Positions 36,440 to 49,950 of a DNA stretch of 64,000 nucleotides are shown one piece after another; position 1 is the first letter of the stretch; each line of letters opens with the position of its first letter. The notes under the pieces are model-generated. The model was not told the origin of the DNA. It ran no database searches and worked only from the letters and a program-made list of their open reading frames with translations. The stretch is taken from positions 186,001-250,000 of the forward strand of contig JANJGN010000052.1 of assembly GCA_026770705.1 (NCBI GenBank). Reading direction: 5' to 3'. The DNA comes from Isurus oxyrinchus (taxonomy: Eukaryota). The position numbers were made by a program, and so were the translations under genes.

Positions 36440-37499
36440 GTAATATCATCGTCAGCTTGGACAGACTTATGGCTAATAGTCTTTGTAAAAGAACATTCTT
36501 ATTGAGCTCTGATAGGGAACCGATTCAGCAGTGAGCCAGTGTACAAACTCACAGCAAGTCCCATTCACCCATCACCCCTGTGCTCACTGATATACACTGA
36601 CTCCCTGTCTGACAGCAGAACTGCAGGACAGCAGAGACCTCAAAGGGTTTCAGGGCTGGAGGAGGTGACAGTGATAGGGAGTGGAGAGGGAGGATGGAGG
36701 GATAAGGAATCAATGAAGAGATTTTGAAAATTGAGTCATTGTTGGACTGGGAGCCAGTGGAGGACAGCGAGTGACAGGGGAGCGATTGGCTGAATAGAGA
36801 AGCAGGGATAAAAACTGGGGGATGAAGTCTATCCTGATGCAAGCACTCCGATATCAATGCCCTGAAATTTTTCTCTCTTGCTGATTTTCATCAGAATTTC
36901 CCATGAAGACAACACAGAAGCTCTTAGATTAGACAGGCAGTTCAGCGTCACACTTCCTGTCCCTTCTCACCATGCTAGAAAATTCGATAAGATAGCAAGA
37001 TAACTGACAGAGAGAAGGGAGGCAAAGCTGTCTGTATGTAAAACTGTCAAATATTCTGAGTTATCATGATGGTTTCTGATCTGCTGCAGAGTTTATATTT
37101 CATTGAATCTTATCACTTTGCAGCTCAGAGAGAGACCATTGACTCACTGCCTGAAAGGGCGGTGGAAGCAGATTCAACAGGAATTTTCAGAAGGGGAACT
37201 GGATAAATACTTGAAGGGGATATTTTGCAGGGCGGTGGAGGAGAGAGCAGAGGTTAGAGTGGGAATAATTGGACAGATCTTTCAAAGGCCCAGCACAGGT
37301 TCGATGGGCCAAATGGCTTCCTTCTGTTCCGGATCATTCTACAATCCGATAAATTAAGTCCCTTTTCAATAACTCTTCAGGCTCCTGCTGCAGGAATGGA
37401 TCTTTGAGAAGGACAGGGAGCAAGCGGTTTCTCATATCATGTTCATGTTTATTGACAATTACATAAGTGCATGGAACTGTTGAATATTTGAGTCTCTAA

Positions 37500-40400
37500 A
37501 GTGTGGATTTAACCTTCTGGTACACCCAGATCTTGTGCTGGTTACCTTGTCTGGAGGTGTCTTTAACTGCTCACCGTGATCTGTGGGATTGTCACCCTTG
37601 GATGTTGTTCCTGATTTCATGTGGAATCTTCTCCTCGATGGAATAGGAGCGGGAATGGATCTGATTTATCCTCGGTTCCGCCTCACCGCTGTGCCCTTGT
37701 GTGTTTGACTCCATAGGCCCTTGGTTCTGAACAAATCCTTGTCACCTCGGCTGGTGATCATGAACCTTCTGTGGGATCCTGGATGTGAACTTGTCCCAAC
37801 TGTAAACTTGGCAACTCTGCACCTCCATTTTTATCATGAACATTCCTTATCTTCTCTTGTAGTTTTAAAAGTTGCCCTCTGGTTTCTGAGAGATTAGAAT
37901 GGGTAAGAGTAGCGAAATTGGTCACTACTGGCCCACCAAACATGATCTCTGTCAGTGACGGAATAAGGTGAGGTGATGGTGTAGTGGTATTGCTGCTGGA
38001 TGAGTAATTCAGAGACCCAGGGTAATGTCCTGAGAATATGGGTTCAAATCCTGTCATAATAGATGATGGAATTTGAATTTAATAAAAATATGAAATTCAA
38101 AGTTTAGTGATGACCACAAAACCATTGTTGGAAATCCCACCTGGTTCACCAGTGCCCTTTAGGGAACAAAATTGTCTGGCCGACATGTGACTCCAGACTC
38201 CACGTCAAAGTGGTTAACTCTTACATTAGGGATGGGTAATAAATCCTGGCCTGGCCAGTGACTCCCACATCCCATGAATGAATTTAACAAAGTTGCAGTT
38301 GTAGGTGTCGATCTCAGATGTAACATTGCAATGTGTGGATCTTGCTTGGTCTGTCTACATTTGAGAATTAGGGATTTCACTGTGTGAATCATTCATTCAG
38401 CTAGGCTGTTAGATCTGGGGTAATGAGGAGAAGAAGTAGTGTGATTGATATTCCAGATTATCTGTAATCATGTCCCTAGTTTCACCACATAAACTGAAAA
38501 TAGTGCTTAGAGTGTGTGCACCAGTTGTGCTTGGTGTGTTGTGCTATTTTTGAATAACGGGATATCTGGTAAAGCTGTCGACGATGACGATGATGTCAGT
38601 GACATGGACATGAAAGGATTCAGATGTGATTTTGGACTAAGAATGGGCAGGAATTTCCTGTGGAATCAGTGGTTCTTTGTGTTGACTTGGCTCATCCTCT
38701 TGACAAGCCTCATACTTCCCTACAACAACTTCAAGGTCATTGTTCATACCCGGCCAGTGACTGTATCTCTTGTGAGTCTCCTTGTCTGATCTGTGCCCAT
38801 GTGTGAGGGATGAAGTTGTTGAAGAATATAGGATCACAAATGTTCCGGTATGATGCGATGCCTGCCATTAAAAATGACTCCCTGGGAGATGCCTCGCTTA
38901 TCCCGATGAGGTCAAGTTGAATCAGGCCACCCTTTCAATGATATTTCCACAGTTCCTGTAGAATTTTTCACTGTTCCCTCCTGTAGCTGCTATCATTTCT
39001 GTTGTGCTAAATATACTGGATCAATTGACAGACTTGCATTCTCCTGCAGCTGTAATGTTGCAGCTCCCTTGAAACTACAAATACTGTTGAAACTTTCTGC
39101 ATATTTCAATGTTATGGCATGAACTGAGGTGATGGGGTAGTTTCTGAGGTTGACCCATGTGATGTCTGACAAATTCCATGGATAGTCACTAGTGAGTCTT
39201 TGTTTTTTATTCAATTTGCTGTTCAACAATCTCGAAGCCGCCCGTTATAATCACTAACTTCTCTGGGCTGATTTTTATAATGGTTTTTGTGTGTTTGACT
39301 CTCCCTCGCTCACTATCGATCCAGCCCACACCCTGGTCACTCGCCTTCCCTGACTGAGCTAACCCGCTGCTGGTCCTGGCGATACACAGTGTCCCACTCA
39401 CTGACCTACAGGCCGTGTGCTGTAATCTCACCACGAGGGATCCGTCTGCTCCCCAGCTCTTTACTTGAGCTCTTTCCCGTCACTGTGTCTTCAAAGGTTT
39501 CCTGAGCAGTCAGTACACTGCGATTTCAACCCTCTCTGATGCTGTGTCTCTGTTGTGGTCTGACCGAAGCGTCGAGGGTCGTCTCATGTCATGTAGCTCG
39601 ATCTAAGGCTGTTCACCACGTCATACCTGTACTGAATCTTGCTGCCAGAATGTTTGGCCACCGCTGATCACCATGTTGTGTTTTTATAATGATATAAAGG
39701 CACCAGCCACTGATACGGATTTGGGTAAACACATTGTGGGTTCAGTTATTTAGAACAGGGACATGAGAACAGATATACAAGGATAGAAAGCTGGAAGACA
39801 CCTGCGGCCAAACTGTGTGAGCTGTGTTCTGCTCACAGGCCAAAGTGAAACTTGGACTGGATGGTGTTATCATCCCAGCTGATGTTACTACTGGGCAAGT
39901 CAGATCCCAGGGTGGAGCTCAGCTTGATAGGTCCTAACTTTTATTTATTATTTAGGAATGTGGAGTACGGCTACTGAACAGAGTCACAGGAGTCATCTGA
40001 TGATCTTCTAACAAAAGAATAAAACATTTATTAAACTAGGAAAGACAAACTATATTACATTACTCCTTCACCCAGACCTATACCTTTACAGATTCATAAG
40101 TAGAACATAAGTTACAATAGCTATCTTATACTCTCATGTTCACACTAAGTACACAGTCGATGTAAACCAATAGACGACCTGTGGTCAGGGACACCACATT
40201 CTTAAAGAAACTGACAGAACCCACTTGAAACAAATGCTATGTCTCCCTCCTCATCTGACCCCAGACGCTTGTTACACTGTGAGCCAACCAGTCTCACTGA
40301 CTCTCCAAGAACTCGCTTTGGAATCTTCTCCAACATGACACTTTCACTCAGACACCTTCCACAAGGGTCCACTTTCACTATTTCAAACTCTCCTTCCCAT

Positions 40401-41144
40401 GTTCCTGTCCCCTGGATCGCCACGTGCATTCAGCCTTCCTTCCACGCCCTGTCTCTCCAATGCTCAGCCGTGTCAATGGAACACCATGGCTTCACATGGC
40501 CGTAGTAATGAGTCACCAACCTGTGGTGTCTCCTAGGATCTTCTGGCTTCTCACAAGCCTATTTTGCTTTAGGTCTGTGTCCTGCTACTTTCTCCCTTTA
40601 AGCTTGAAGCCCTCTTCTGTTCCTCACTCTTAACTTCACTTAACAGGGCCTTTTCCAGATTTGACTAGAAGGTTTTCTTGGGCCCTTTCTCCTGTTCCAC
40701 TCGATGGTTTTGGCTTCTTCTTTACTTTGGGACTGACTATCTGTCCCGCTCCTTTGCTGCTTCTCCTGGCAACTCCTTTCAACAGAACTGAAAGTACTTT
40801 TCTGTTTTTCTCGGTCTCTGTGGGTCTTTCCGTCTGGACCACTGTTACTAGGCAACAGCACAGTTTCTTCTACCTTGTGTTTGTTTTGACTTCCCTTCAA
40901 GAGTCATAAAAACGCATTAGTTAGGCGGCTTCTTCCAAAGTGAAACCAAAACTCAAGTTCCCCCTTTTCAAAACACCCAAATACAGAAATACAAACTAAA
41001 CTTGAACTGAAAGATATACCTTATGCCTAACGCACACAAATACACAGAGAACTTCCTTTAGCCAAGCCCAACTCCTAAAAATCACATGACACACTTCCCC
41101 TCGAGTGATGTCATGCTGCTGTCCCTGAAAGGCATATTACAACA
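37500..41144 (-). mobile_element. Degraded Gypsy (Mag-like) LTR retrotransposon with nested insertions
   Basis: Integrase remnant WPGMNNDLEVVVGKYEACQE..KEPLIP; - strand ..ACAACA|TGGTGATCAGCGG LTR/PBS junction at 39674; LTR split by a ~1.2-kb insertion (about 39862-41083). Confidence 0.7.
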
Positions 41145-41145
41145 G

Positions 41146-41553
41146 TGTTATCACTTGGCAGGTGATGTGTGCCAGGCAGACCAAGTCCATGAGAGAAAGG
41201 TGGTCACACGATCATAATGATTTTGCAATTTGTATTTATTATGAGATGTGTGCACTGAATTCAGAAGCAATAATTACACCAAGACCTTTAGAGATTTAAA
41301 AAAATAAATTAAAATATTTGTCATCAAAATAAAAGATTTTAAGCACATACATAAGACTACAATGACTGCTATAATAACTCCTAAAATTCCTAATTAACCT
41401 GACTCCCAGTTACACTCCCTTTAAGGCAACAGACCAAAAATAGATGTTAGATTTAAAACAAACTCAGCAAGTTAACACAATGCCCTGGACAGTGGAATTC
41501 CAAATGGATTTTCCCCAACATCAGTTCTGTTGGATAGCAGGCTTGTGCACAAA
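41146..41553 (-). mobile_element. Partial solo LTR (deleted paralog of 57300-58224)
   Basis: Matches 57300-57715, then jumps into the pre-V-exon sequence. Confidence 0.75.
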
Positions 41554-41769
41554 CAGGGTCCTGAGCACCATCAGCCAATGTAGAATGAACTTGTCCACTC
41601 CTGTGTCCAGGATTCTCTTCCATCCATTGTGATACCTTGTGGAGTTCCTTGTGTGTCCTGTAGATGGTCCAAACTGCAGCCACTGTGCCCCAGTGATGGA
41701 GGGGGTGGATATCGAGTCTAGTGGATCTACAAACCATCCAGAGTTTAATATTGATATTTCTCTCCCCAG

Positions 41770-42147
41770 TTGGACTGTCACAAGAGTGGAAAGGTGACAG
41801 TCCCCGAGAGATGACAGCGCAGGAAGGTTCATGTGTACAGATTCCATGTCATTACAGTTACTCATCACATTTGGTAAAGAAAACACATGTCGGAATCTGG
41901 TATATGAGGAGGTACATACAGAACAAATGGTCTAAATGGTCTATAGCCTTTCACTCCAAGGATCACAGTCACGAGTTACCACGGTTCCACCATCGGACCC
42001 GGCTGTCTGGAGACCTGAAAGATGGCGACTGTTCCCTGATTATAAACAACATCAGACGGGAAGATGAAGGACCTTATTTTTTCAGAATAGAATTTGACAA
42101 TGGTCCGAGCCATAACTATTACCCTGAAACCCAGCTTCAGGTTTCTG
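41770..42147 (+). CDS. Gene C first V-set exon
   Basis: 378 bp, phase 1-1, open; GSCVQIPC..GIWYMRRYIQNKWSKW..PYFFRIE. Confidence 0.9.
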
Positions 42148-42384
42148 GTAAGTGCTGTGTTATAATTACTCAACAATTCACATCCAACACTCAATGGGAA
42201 ATAATAGTGTTTGATTTGCTTGTTTTTTGGCCGTGTTAACCAGCGTCACTATTTTTAATGATTTGTCTATTTCTGCTCCCAGATCCATGAGCTTATTGTG
42301 TGTGATTGAATCCACATCATAGCTGTAACATAAACCGAGCTGAGGGGTGATGACACTTCCCCCCTGAGTGAAGTGTCTCCTCCT

Positions 42385-44225
42385 CACTACACCTTTCACC
42401 CCTCACACTGTCCGTGTAAACCCCCGTCCCATCTCCAGCCTCTCTTTCCCCTCCAATGTCCTTGAACGTGTTTCCATCTCCCGAATCAGTCCCCATCTTT
42501 CCCGCAACTCCATGTTTGAATCCCTCCAATCAGGTTCCCACCCCAGCCACTATGCTGAAACAGCTCTTATCAAGGTCACAAATGGCATCCTGTGTGACTG
42601 TGACAAAGGTCAACTTTCCCTCCTCGTCCTTCTCGATCTGTCTGCAGCCTTTGACACGCTCGACGACACCATCCTCCTCCAACACCTCTCCACTGTCGTC
42701 CAGCTGGGTGGGACTGCTCTCCCCTGGCTCCATTCTTATCCATCTCATCGTAGCCAGAGAATCACTTGCAATGGCTTTGCAGCATCATCTGAACAGTGTT
42801 AGTTTTCACCTGTCCACTGAGGATCCCCAGCTCTACCTCACCACCACCTCTCTCGACTCCTCCACTGCTGCTAAATTATCAGGCTGCTTATCCGACATCC
42901 AGTACTGGATGGGCAGAAATTCCCTCCAATTAAATATTGGAAAGACTGAAGCCATTGTCTTCATTCCCCGCTCCAAACTCTGTTCCCTCGCTACCAACTC
43001 CATTCCTCTCCCTGGCTGCTCTCTGAGATTGAAGCCAATCTGTTCACAGCTTTGTTGTCCTATTTGATCCTGAGATGAGCTTCCGGCCTCATGTCTGCGC
43101 CCTCACTAACACCGTCTATTTCCACCTCCTTAACATCGCACGACATCACTCTGTCTCAGCTCATCTGCTGCTGAAACCCTCATCCACGCCTTCATTACCT
43201 CCAGACTCGACTGTTCCAACACACGCTCTACACTCCATAAACTTGAGGCCATTCAAAACTGCTGACCACGTCCTTACTCACACCAAGTCCCATTCCCTTA
43301 TCACCTGCTCTGCTCGATGACCGAGACTGGCTCCTGGTCAAGCAAAGTCTCAATGTCCAAATTTACATCTTTGTTTCCTCTCTATCCCTGTAATCTCCTC
43401 GTCCTCCTCCAGTACCTACAACCATCCCATTCTCTGTAACCTCTTGAAGTATCTACCGCTTCCCTATATCTGCAAATTGATCCTGCCCAACAAACCTACC
43501 AATCTCTGCAACCTCCTCCAGCCACTACAACCCTCCCTATTTCTGTAACTTCCTCCTGCCCCTAAAAGCTTCCCTATCTCTGTAGCCTGCTCCAGTCCCG
43601 ACAACTTTCCCTGCCCCTGTAACCTGCCCCAGTCACTACAACCCTCCCTACCTCTGCAAACTCCTCCAGACTCTACACTCTCCCAATCTCTCTTAACTTT
43701 TCCAGCCCCTACAACCCTCCCTATTTCTGTAACTTCCTCCTGCCCCTAAAAGCTTCCCTATCACTGTAGCCTGCTCCAGTCCCGACGACGTTCCCTACCT
43801 CTGTAACCTGCCCCAGTCACTACAACCTTCCTTCTCTCTGTAACCTCCTCCAGCCCCTCCAACCCTCTGAGGTCTCTGTGCTCATCCAATTCCAGCCTCT
43901 TGACCATCCGCCGATCCCATCACTACAACATCGGCGGCCGTGCCTTCAGCTGCCTGGGGCCCGAGCTCTGTAATACTCTCCCTCAACCCCTCTTCGTCCC
44001 TCTCTCTCACTCTCTCTATCTCTCTCTCTCTCTATCTCTATCTCTCTCTCTCTCCCTATCCATTTCATCCCTCTTTGAAGATTCTCCATAACACCGACCT
44101 CTTCTGGCCAGCTGTCGCTAATATCTCCACATGTGTCTGGGTGACATACTTTGTTTTATGAAGCTCCTGTGTAGCACCTTGGGGTGATTTGTCATGTTAA
44201 ATTTGTTGTGTAAATATAACTTGTT
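42385..44225 (+). mobile_element. L2-clade LINE fragment with internal low-complexity tandem stretch
   Basis: VLERV..LQSG..AETALIKVTNGIL.D.DKGQLSLLVLLDLSAAFDT; GGRAFS at the 3' end. Confidence 0.85.
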
Positions 44226-44764
44226 GCCCTTTGACCCTCGACCCCAGCTCGAGTCTTATTTTAGAGGGAATGTACAACCTCCTTAGATTTCTGACCAAAA
44301 TGTCATTTGATTATTTTTATTGAGCGAATGCCAAGCCCCGATACCGAGCGAGAGCCTCCTCATTTGCTGAGTTTAAGGTGATGAGTCAGCCCCTTAGTCC
44401 GTAGAGGGGATTCTCCTCGGTAATGTGCAGCCTTGTTTGTGTCTCTCCACAAGCGCATGAGGGGTTTGTACAGAGGCTGCAGCGCTGGAGGGGGTCTGCA
44501 CAGGGGTCCTGGCCTGTCCTGAGCCGGTTTTAGCAAGGACCACTCTGGCCTTGGCAGCTGAAAGCCAGCCATTGGACAGACGGGGCCTGTCACAAGGAGC
44601 CTGTTAGTCACTCCCCCCCGTGTCTCCTGTGCTCGGATCCAGACCATGTTGGCTGGTGGATCTGGCTCAGGAAGGGTCCTCCCCATGGGACCCCCAGATG
44701 GAAGGTGGGTCGAGCGGGTCATTCACTTGCATGTTTATTCTGCAGCTTTAATATTTTAAGAAGG

Positions 44765-45562
44765 TAAGAATGTAGGATCATAAGAAATAGGGACAGGAGC
44801 AGGCCATTCGGCCCCTCCAGCCTGCTCTCACTGATCTGGTTGTGGCCTTAACTCCATTTTCCTGCCTGTCCCCCAAATCCTTGACTCCCTTGTTGATCAA
44901 AAACCTGCCTCACTCAGCCTTGAGTCTATTCAATGGCACAGTCTCCACTGCTCTCTGGGGAAGAGAATTCCACAGGCTAGCGCCCCTCTGAGAGAGGAAA
45001 TTCCTCCTCATCTCAGACTTAAATGGGGGAGCCCTCATTCCGAAACTGTGCTCCCTGGTTCTAGATTCCCCCACGAGGGGGAAACATCCTCCCAGCATCC
45101 ACCCTGTCAAGCCCCCTCGGAATCGGATATGTTTCAATAAGGTCACCCCTCATTCTTCTAAACTCCAATGGATACAGGCCCAACCTGCTCAACATTTCCT
45201 CACAGGACAAACCCTTTAATCCCAGGAATCAGCCCAGTGAAGCTTCTCTGAACTGCCTGTACACAATGATCCTGTTACAATCTCACTACCGCCCTGTGCA
45301 GCTGTTGCAAGACTTACCTCCTCTTAAACTCCATCTCTTCACAATAAAGGCCAACATTCCACTTGCCTTCCTCATTCCGTGTTGTTCCTGAATGCTGACT
45401 TTCTGTGATTCATGTACAAGGACACCCAGATCCCTCTGTACTGCATTCTGCATCCTGTCTCCTTTTAAATAATATTCTGCTTTTCTATTCTTCCTGCCAA
45501 AATAATTTGTTGCCATTCTCCTCAGTATTGACCATCCCCCCAATTCAGCCACATCTGCAAAT
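44765..45562 (-). mobile_element. CR1 LINE fragment (antisense)
   Basis: VQRDLGVLVHESQKVS..FPLVGESRTREHS..SLWNSLPQRAVE. Confidence 0.88.
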
Positions 45563-45621
45563 ATCGGGTTCAGTGGATCCATAAAACATCCAGAGTTAAA
45601 TATTGATATTTCTCTCCCCAG

Positions 45622-45990
45622 TTGAACCCTCACAAGAGTGGAAAGGTGACACTCCACGAGAGGTGACAGCGCAGGAAGGTTCGCGTGTACAGATTCCATG
45701 TCATTACAGTTATCCATCGTGTCTGGAAAACCAACCGCGAGGTGGAGTCTGGTTTAATAATGAGAAACAGATTCCCTGGGCTCCCATTGCCTTTCACTCC
45801 CAGGATCACAGTCACGAGTTACCACGGTTCCACCAACGGACCCGGCTGTCTGGAGACCTGAAAGATGGCGACTGTTCCCTGATTATAAACAACATCACAC
45901 GGGAAGATGCAGGACCTTATTTTTTCAGAATAGAATTTGACAACAGTAATAGTTCCAGCTACTATCCTGCAACCCAGCTTCACATTTCTG
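45622..45990 (+). CDS. Gene C second V-set exon
   Basis: 369 bp, phase 1-1, open; GSRVQIPCHYSYPSC..PYFFRIEFDNSNSSSYYP. Confidence 0.9.
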
Positions 45991-46718
45991 GTAAGTGCTG
46001 TGTTATAATTACTCAACAATTCACATTCAACTCTCAATGGGAAATAACGCAAACTGTGACATTTACATATTAACACAAAACACAGCTTATTATAACAGAC
46101 CGTCTGATTCTCAATAACCTGGTGATAGCTTCCAGTTCAGTCCTAAAGCAACCTCTAATACTCACTTTAATATCAATGATTAAATGTATTGACTGTGTCC
46201 ATCAATGTTATCAGGTTATCCACTCGCGTCGTTCTCTCTAATCCTGTCTCGAAGTCTGACATATCGACAAAAGAAAGATTCACATTTCTATGGAGCCTTT
46301 CACCACCTCAATATGTACCAAGTCACTTCACAGCCAATGAGCTGATTCCTGAATTGTAGTTACTGTTGTAATGTGAGAAACACAGCAGCCAATTTGCGCA
46401 CAGCAATCTCCTTCCAATTGCAAAGTACTAAATGGCCCAGATCGCTGAGTGAATGATGAGGTAGTGCACTCCAAACTCTGGTCTGCTCCTCCACCCTCAC
46501 CCACTATTATCAGTTCAAGTGTCTCGGAGTGAACGTGTATTAAGCTGAGAGACAGAAACACCAAAGTCTCAAAGCAGGAAATTCTCTCCTGATCGTTGTA
46601 ACCTCTCAGTTCTGATATCATCCTTGTAAAAGTGCTTTCTCGTGTGGGACTGTGGTTTCTATTTGAACTGATGCTTCACGTTATATTTCTCTAAAAGGAT
46701 CCATTCTCTGTCTGTTAG

Positions 46719-47015
46719 ATTTCACAGATAAACCCACGATATTCCCTGCTGAAATTATTGCAGGAAAGCGTGTGGATGTAAGCTGCACCTTCAACACAAC
46801 GTGCAATAGAACAGCAGCACCTGTCTTAACCTGGGACACTCCCACTGACGTACCTGGATCAGTCTCAAACACTGTAACTCAGCATGGTGTCACTCTGACC
46901 TATACTTCTGTTCTGACCCTGATCCCATCACTCAAACACCACGGACACACTCTCAGCTGCAGAGTGAGATATCCATCTGTTTCATCGGAGCGGACCCTCG
47001 TACTAACTGTGCAAG
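46719..47015 (+). CDS. Gene C C2-set exon
   Basis: 297 bp, phase 1-1, paralog of 25039-25335. Confidence 0.9.
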
Positions 47016-47340
47016 GTAAGTACGGACACCCTTCATTCTACATCAGCACTCCCTCAGCGCTGACCCTCTGACAGTGCAGCCCGTTCTCAGTATCCACATT
47101 CTCATGCCTCTCAAAGTGCTTCACAGTCCATAGAAGTTAATTGATCTTTATTTGATTGTTGCTGAATGAAGAGACAAGCTGTTTAAACTTTAAATCTCAC
47201 ACACATGATTTTCCATGGCAACACATCCACCTATCAGAGACCACTTGCCAACCAATCAGCACTCTCTTCCCTTTAAATATAAATTGTTGTTCACTCTCTG
47301 TTGGTAAACATGCGATCTGTCTTGTTGAGTCCTGCCCTGA

Positions 47341-47491
47341 TATCTGAATATCACAATGAACAGAACAAGTTCCAACAATGAGCTGTGGTTGGTGATTCCT
47401 CACGTTACATCCAGGGACACTGGAGACTATCAGTGTTTGGCAGAGAATGAACATGGAGCAGTGGAGGGATTCATAACCATCACTGTGGAAT
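47341..47491 (+). pseudogene. Gene C second C2 exon remnant (5' half and acceptor lost)
   Basis: Only MNRTSSNNELW..ITITVE|gtgagt remains; 5' part replaced by unrelated sequence 47155-47340. Confidence 0.85.
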
Positions 47492-49174
47492 GTGAGTGTA
47501 CACAGATTTCATCATCTGTCTCAGATTGAAACATGACACAAACACACACAAATATACAGACCTAAATAGACACCTGCAGATACACAATCCCTCGTATATG
47601 AGCACACACAAAGACACAAACAAACACACTAGCACAATACTCCCCAGTGGGTTACCTGACCTCCCTCAGTGCTGCACTGGAGAGTTGACCTGGATTCTGA
47701 GATTTTTGTTCCCTTTCATGTTTATGGAAGAATATGGAAATTGCAAAGTCTATTACAGACACTCAGATGCATAGAGACACTCACAGATACTCTCTGTCTC
47801 TCCAACTCTCTATCCTCCTTTAAGAAGCTTCCTGAAACCTAACCCTTTGACCAGTCAATTGTCCCAACTCCTCCTTACGTGAATCCGTGTGAAATTTTGT
47901 TTGAGTATCTGAGAGTAAGAGAGAGGTGGAGAGGTTTAGGAAGGGAATCCCTGTTGGTGAAAAGCTTACATCATGTTCTCACTTTTCCACTGCCCGTATT
48001 TCACCTGATGTCCAATGTCCTTGTTTATAAAAGGGATTGCCTATGTAAACGTCACGCTGTAGTTACACTGTACCACCAGTGGTGCACAGTAGAACTTAAC
48101 CCTTGCATCTCTCAGCTTTTCAAGCAAATCCACTTCCCAATTTGCCTCACAAGCTGTGAGTTCATCGGAATTAAATTATTTCTAAAACGGTAGATTTGAT
48201 GCCATTTTATTGAAAACTTCCTCAGTGCCTCCCTGAAGGGTTTACACTCTCTGGGAAGCAGGAATAGGCTGGATGTTGGGGAGTTCATCTTTTCCCAGAG
48301 AGCAGTGATCCTCGGGAATGTGCTGTCTGTGGGTGTGGTGGTTGCTGTTGCTCTGTTGCCTTCAAGAGGGATCTGGAGTGGTTACTGACTGGGGGAGAGA
48401 TCATGGAAACGGAGAATGATACAGCACAGGAGGAGGCCATTCAGCCCATTGTGCCTGTGCCAGGTCTTTCAATGTTCTATCCCATCAGATCCACTAACCA
48501 CCACTCCACTTTGCCCCCATCTTCCTCCTTCAAGTGTTTATCCAATTCCCCTTTTGAAAGTTCCTATTGAATCTGCTTCCACCGCCCTTTCAGGCAGCAC
48601 CTTCCAGATCACAACAACTCGCTCTGTCAAAACAAATTCTCCTCATCTCCCCCTCCAGTTCGTCAATCCGTGTCCCTCTGGTTACTGACCCTCCTGCCCC
48701 GTAAATACATCGATACTGTTCACCTCAACCACTCCCAGTGGGAGCGAGTTCCACATTCTCCCCTCTCTCTGGGTAAAGATTGGAACTGTTTATTAAGCGG
48801 GGGGTGTAAGTCCATGGGGGATTCCATCTCGATCCTGCCCGATTCGCACACGCGTCCGAGATGGATTTCCATCCTTCACAAAACGTTTCCAGAATTTTCT
48901 ACAGCACAATCCTGTACACAGCGATGGAGAGAAACATTGGACAGGGAGTCCAACAGCACAATGATCCATTCTCACCAATGTTCCACGCTAAGGGGAAAGT
49001 TCCGATTGTCCACTCTTAGAGTGTTTACAGTGAAAACATTCATTCCACATTGAGTCCCAGTGGATGGGTCAATATTACAGCAAATGTTGCAGTGATATGA
49101 AGCTTGATTGTTCAGCCAGAGTGAGAGATTGAAAGCGGAGAGTCAGTGATGATTTCTTTCTGTGTGTTCTCTAG

Positions 49175-49314
49175 ACAGTGGAGGAGAGATTCTGCACGTG
49201 ATCCTGATCCTGGGAATACGAGCTGTGATATTCCTTGTGGCTGTGGCTATCACTATCGCTGGAGTCTGTGTCTGGGAGGAACAAACAGTGAAAGGAAGTC
49301 GACAGACTGTTTGA
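49175..49314 (+). CDS. Gene C terminal exon: TM with intramembrane Arg and short Tyr-free tail (activating type)
   Basis: ttctttctgtgtgttctctag acceptor, phase 1; SGGEILHVILILGI-R-AVIFLVAVAITIAGVCVWEEQTVKGSRQTV*. Confidence 0.8.
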
Positions 49315-49334
49315 AGCATTGTACAGCAACAATC

Positions 49335-49950
49335 TCATCATGGAACAGAAGAACGGCATTTGGCCCATCGACTCCATGCTGTCTCTCTGTAGAGCAATCC
49401 AGTCAGTTCCATTCCCCCACTCTATCCCTGTATCTCTTCAAGTTTATTTCCCCTCAAGTGTCCATCCAATTTCCTTTTGAATTCGTTCATCGTCTCCGCT
49501 TCCACCATCCTCGTAGGCAGCGAATTCCAGCTCATTACCACTTGCTGTGTAAAAAAGTTCCTCCTCACATCCCCCCTCTGCCCAAAACCTTCAATCTGTG
49601 TCCCCCAGTCCTTGTACAATCAGCTAATGGCAACAGCTTCTCTTTGTCTACCGTTATCTAAACCCATCATCATCTTGTACACCTCGATCAGATCCCCCCT
49701 CAATCTCCTTTGCTCCAAGGAGAACAACCCCAGCTTCTCCAACCCAACCTTGTAGCTAAAATCCCTCATCCCTGGACCCATTCTGCTCAATCTCCTCCCC
49801 ACCCTCTCAAGGACCCTCACTTCCTTCCCAAAGTGAGGAGACCAGAACTGGACACAATACTCTAGTTGTGACCTAACCAGAGCTTTATAAATGTTCAGCA
49901 TAACCTCCCTGTGTTTGTTCTCAATCCCTCGATTTATGAAAAGCTTATTC
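49335..49950 (-). mobile_element. CR1 LINE fragment (antisense)
   Basis: EVMLNIYKALVRSQLEYCVQFWSPH..GLFSLEQRRLRGDLIEVYK. Confidence 0.9.
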
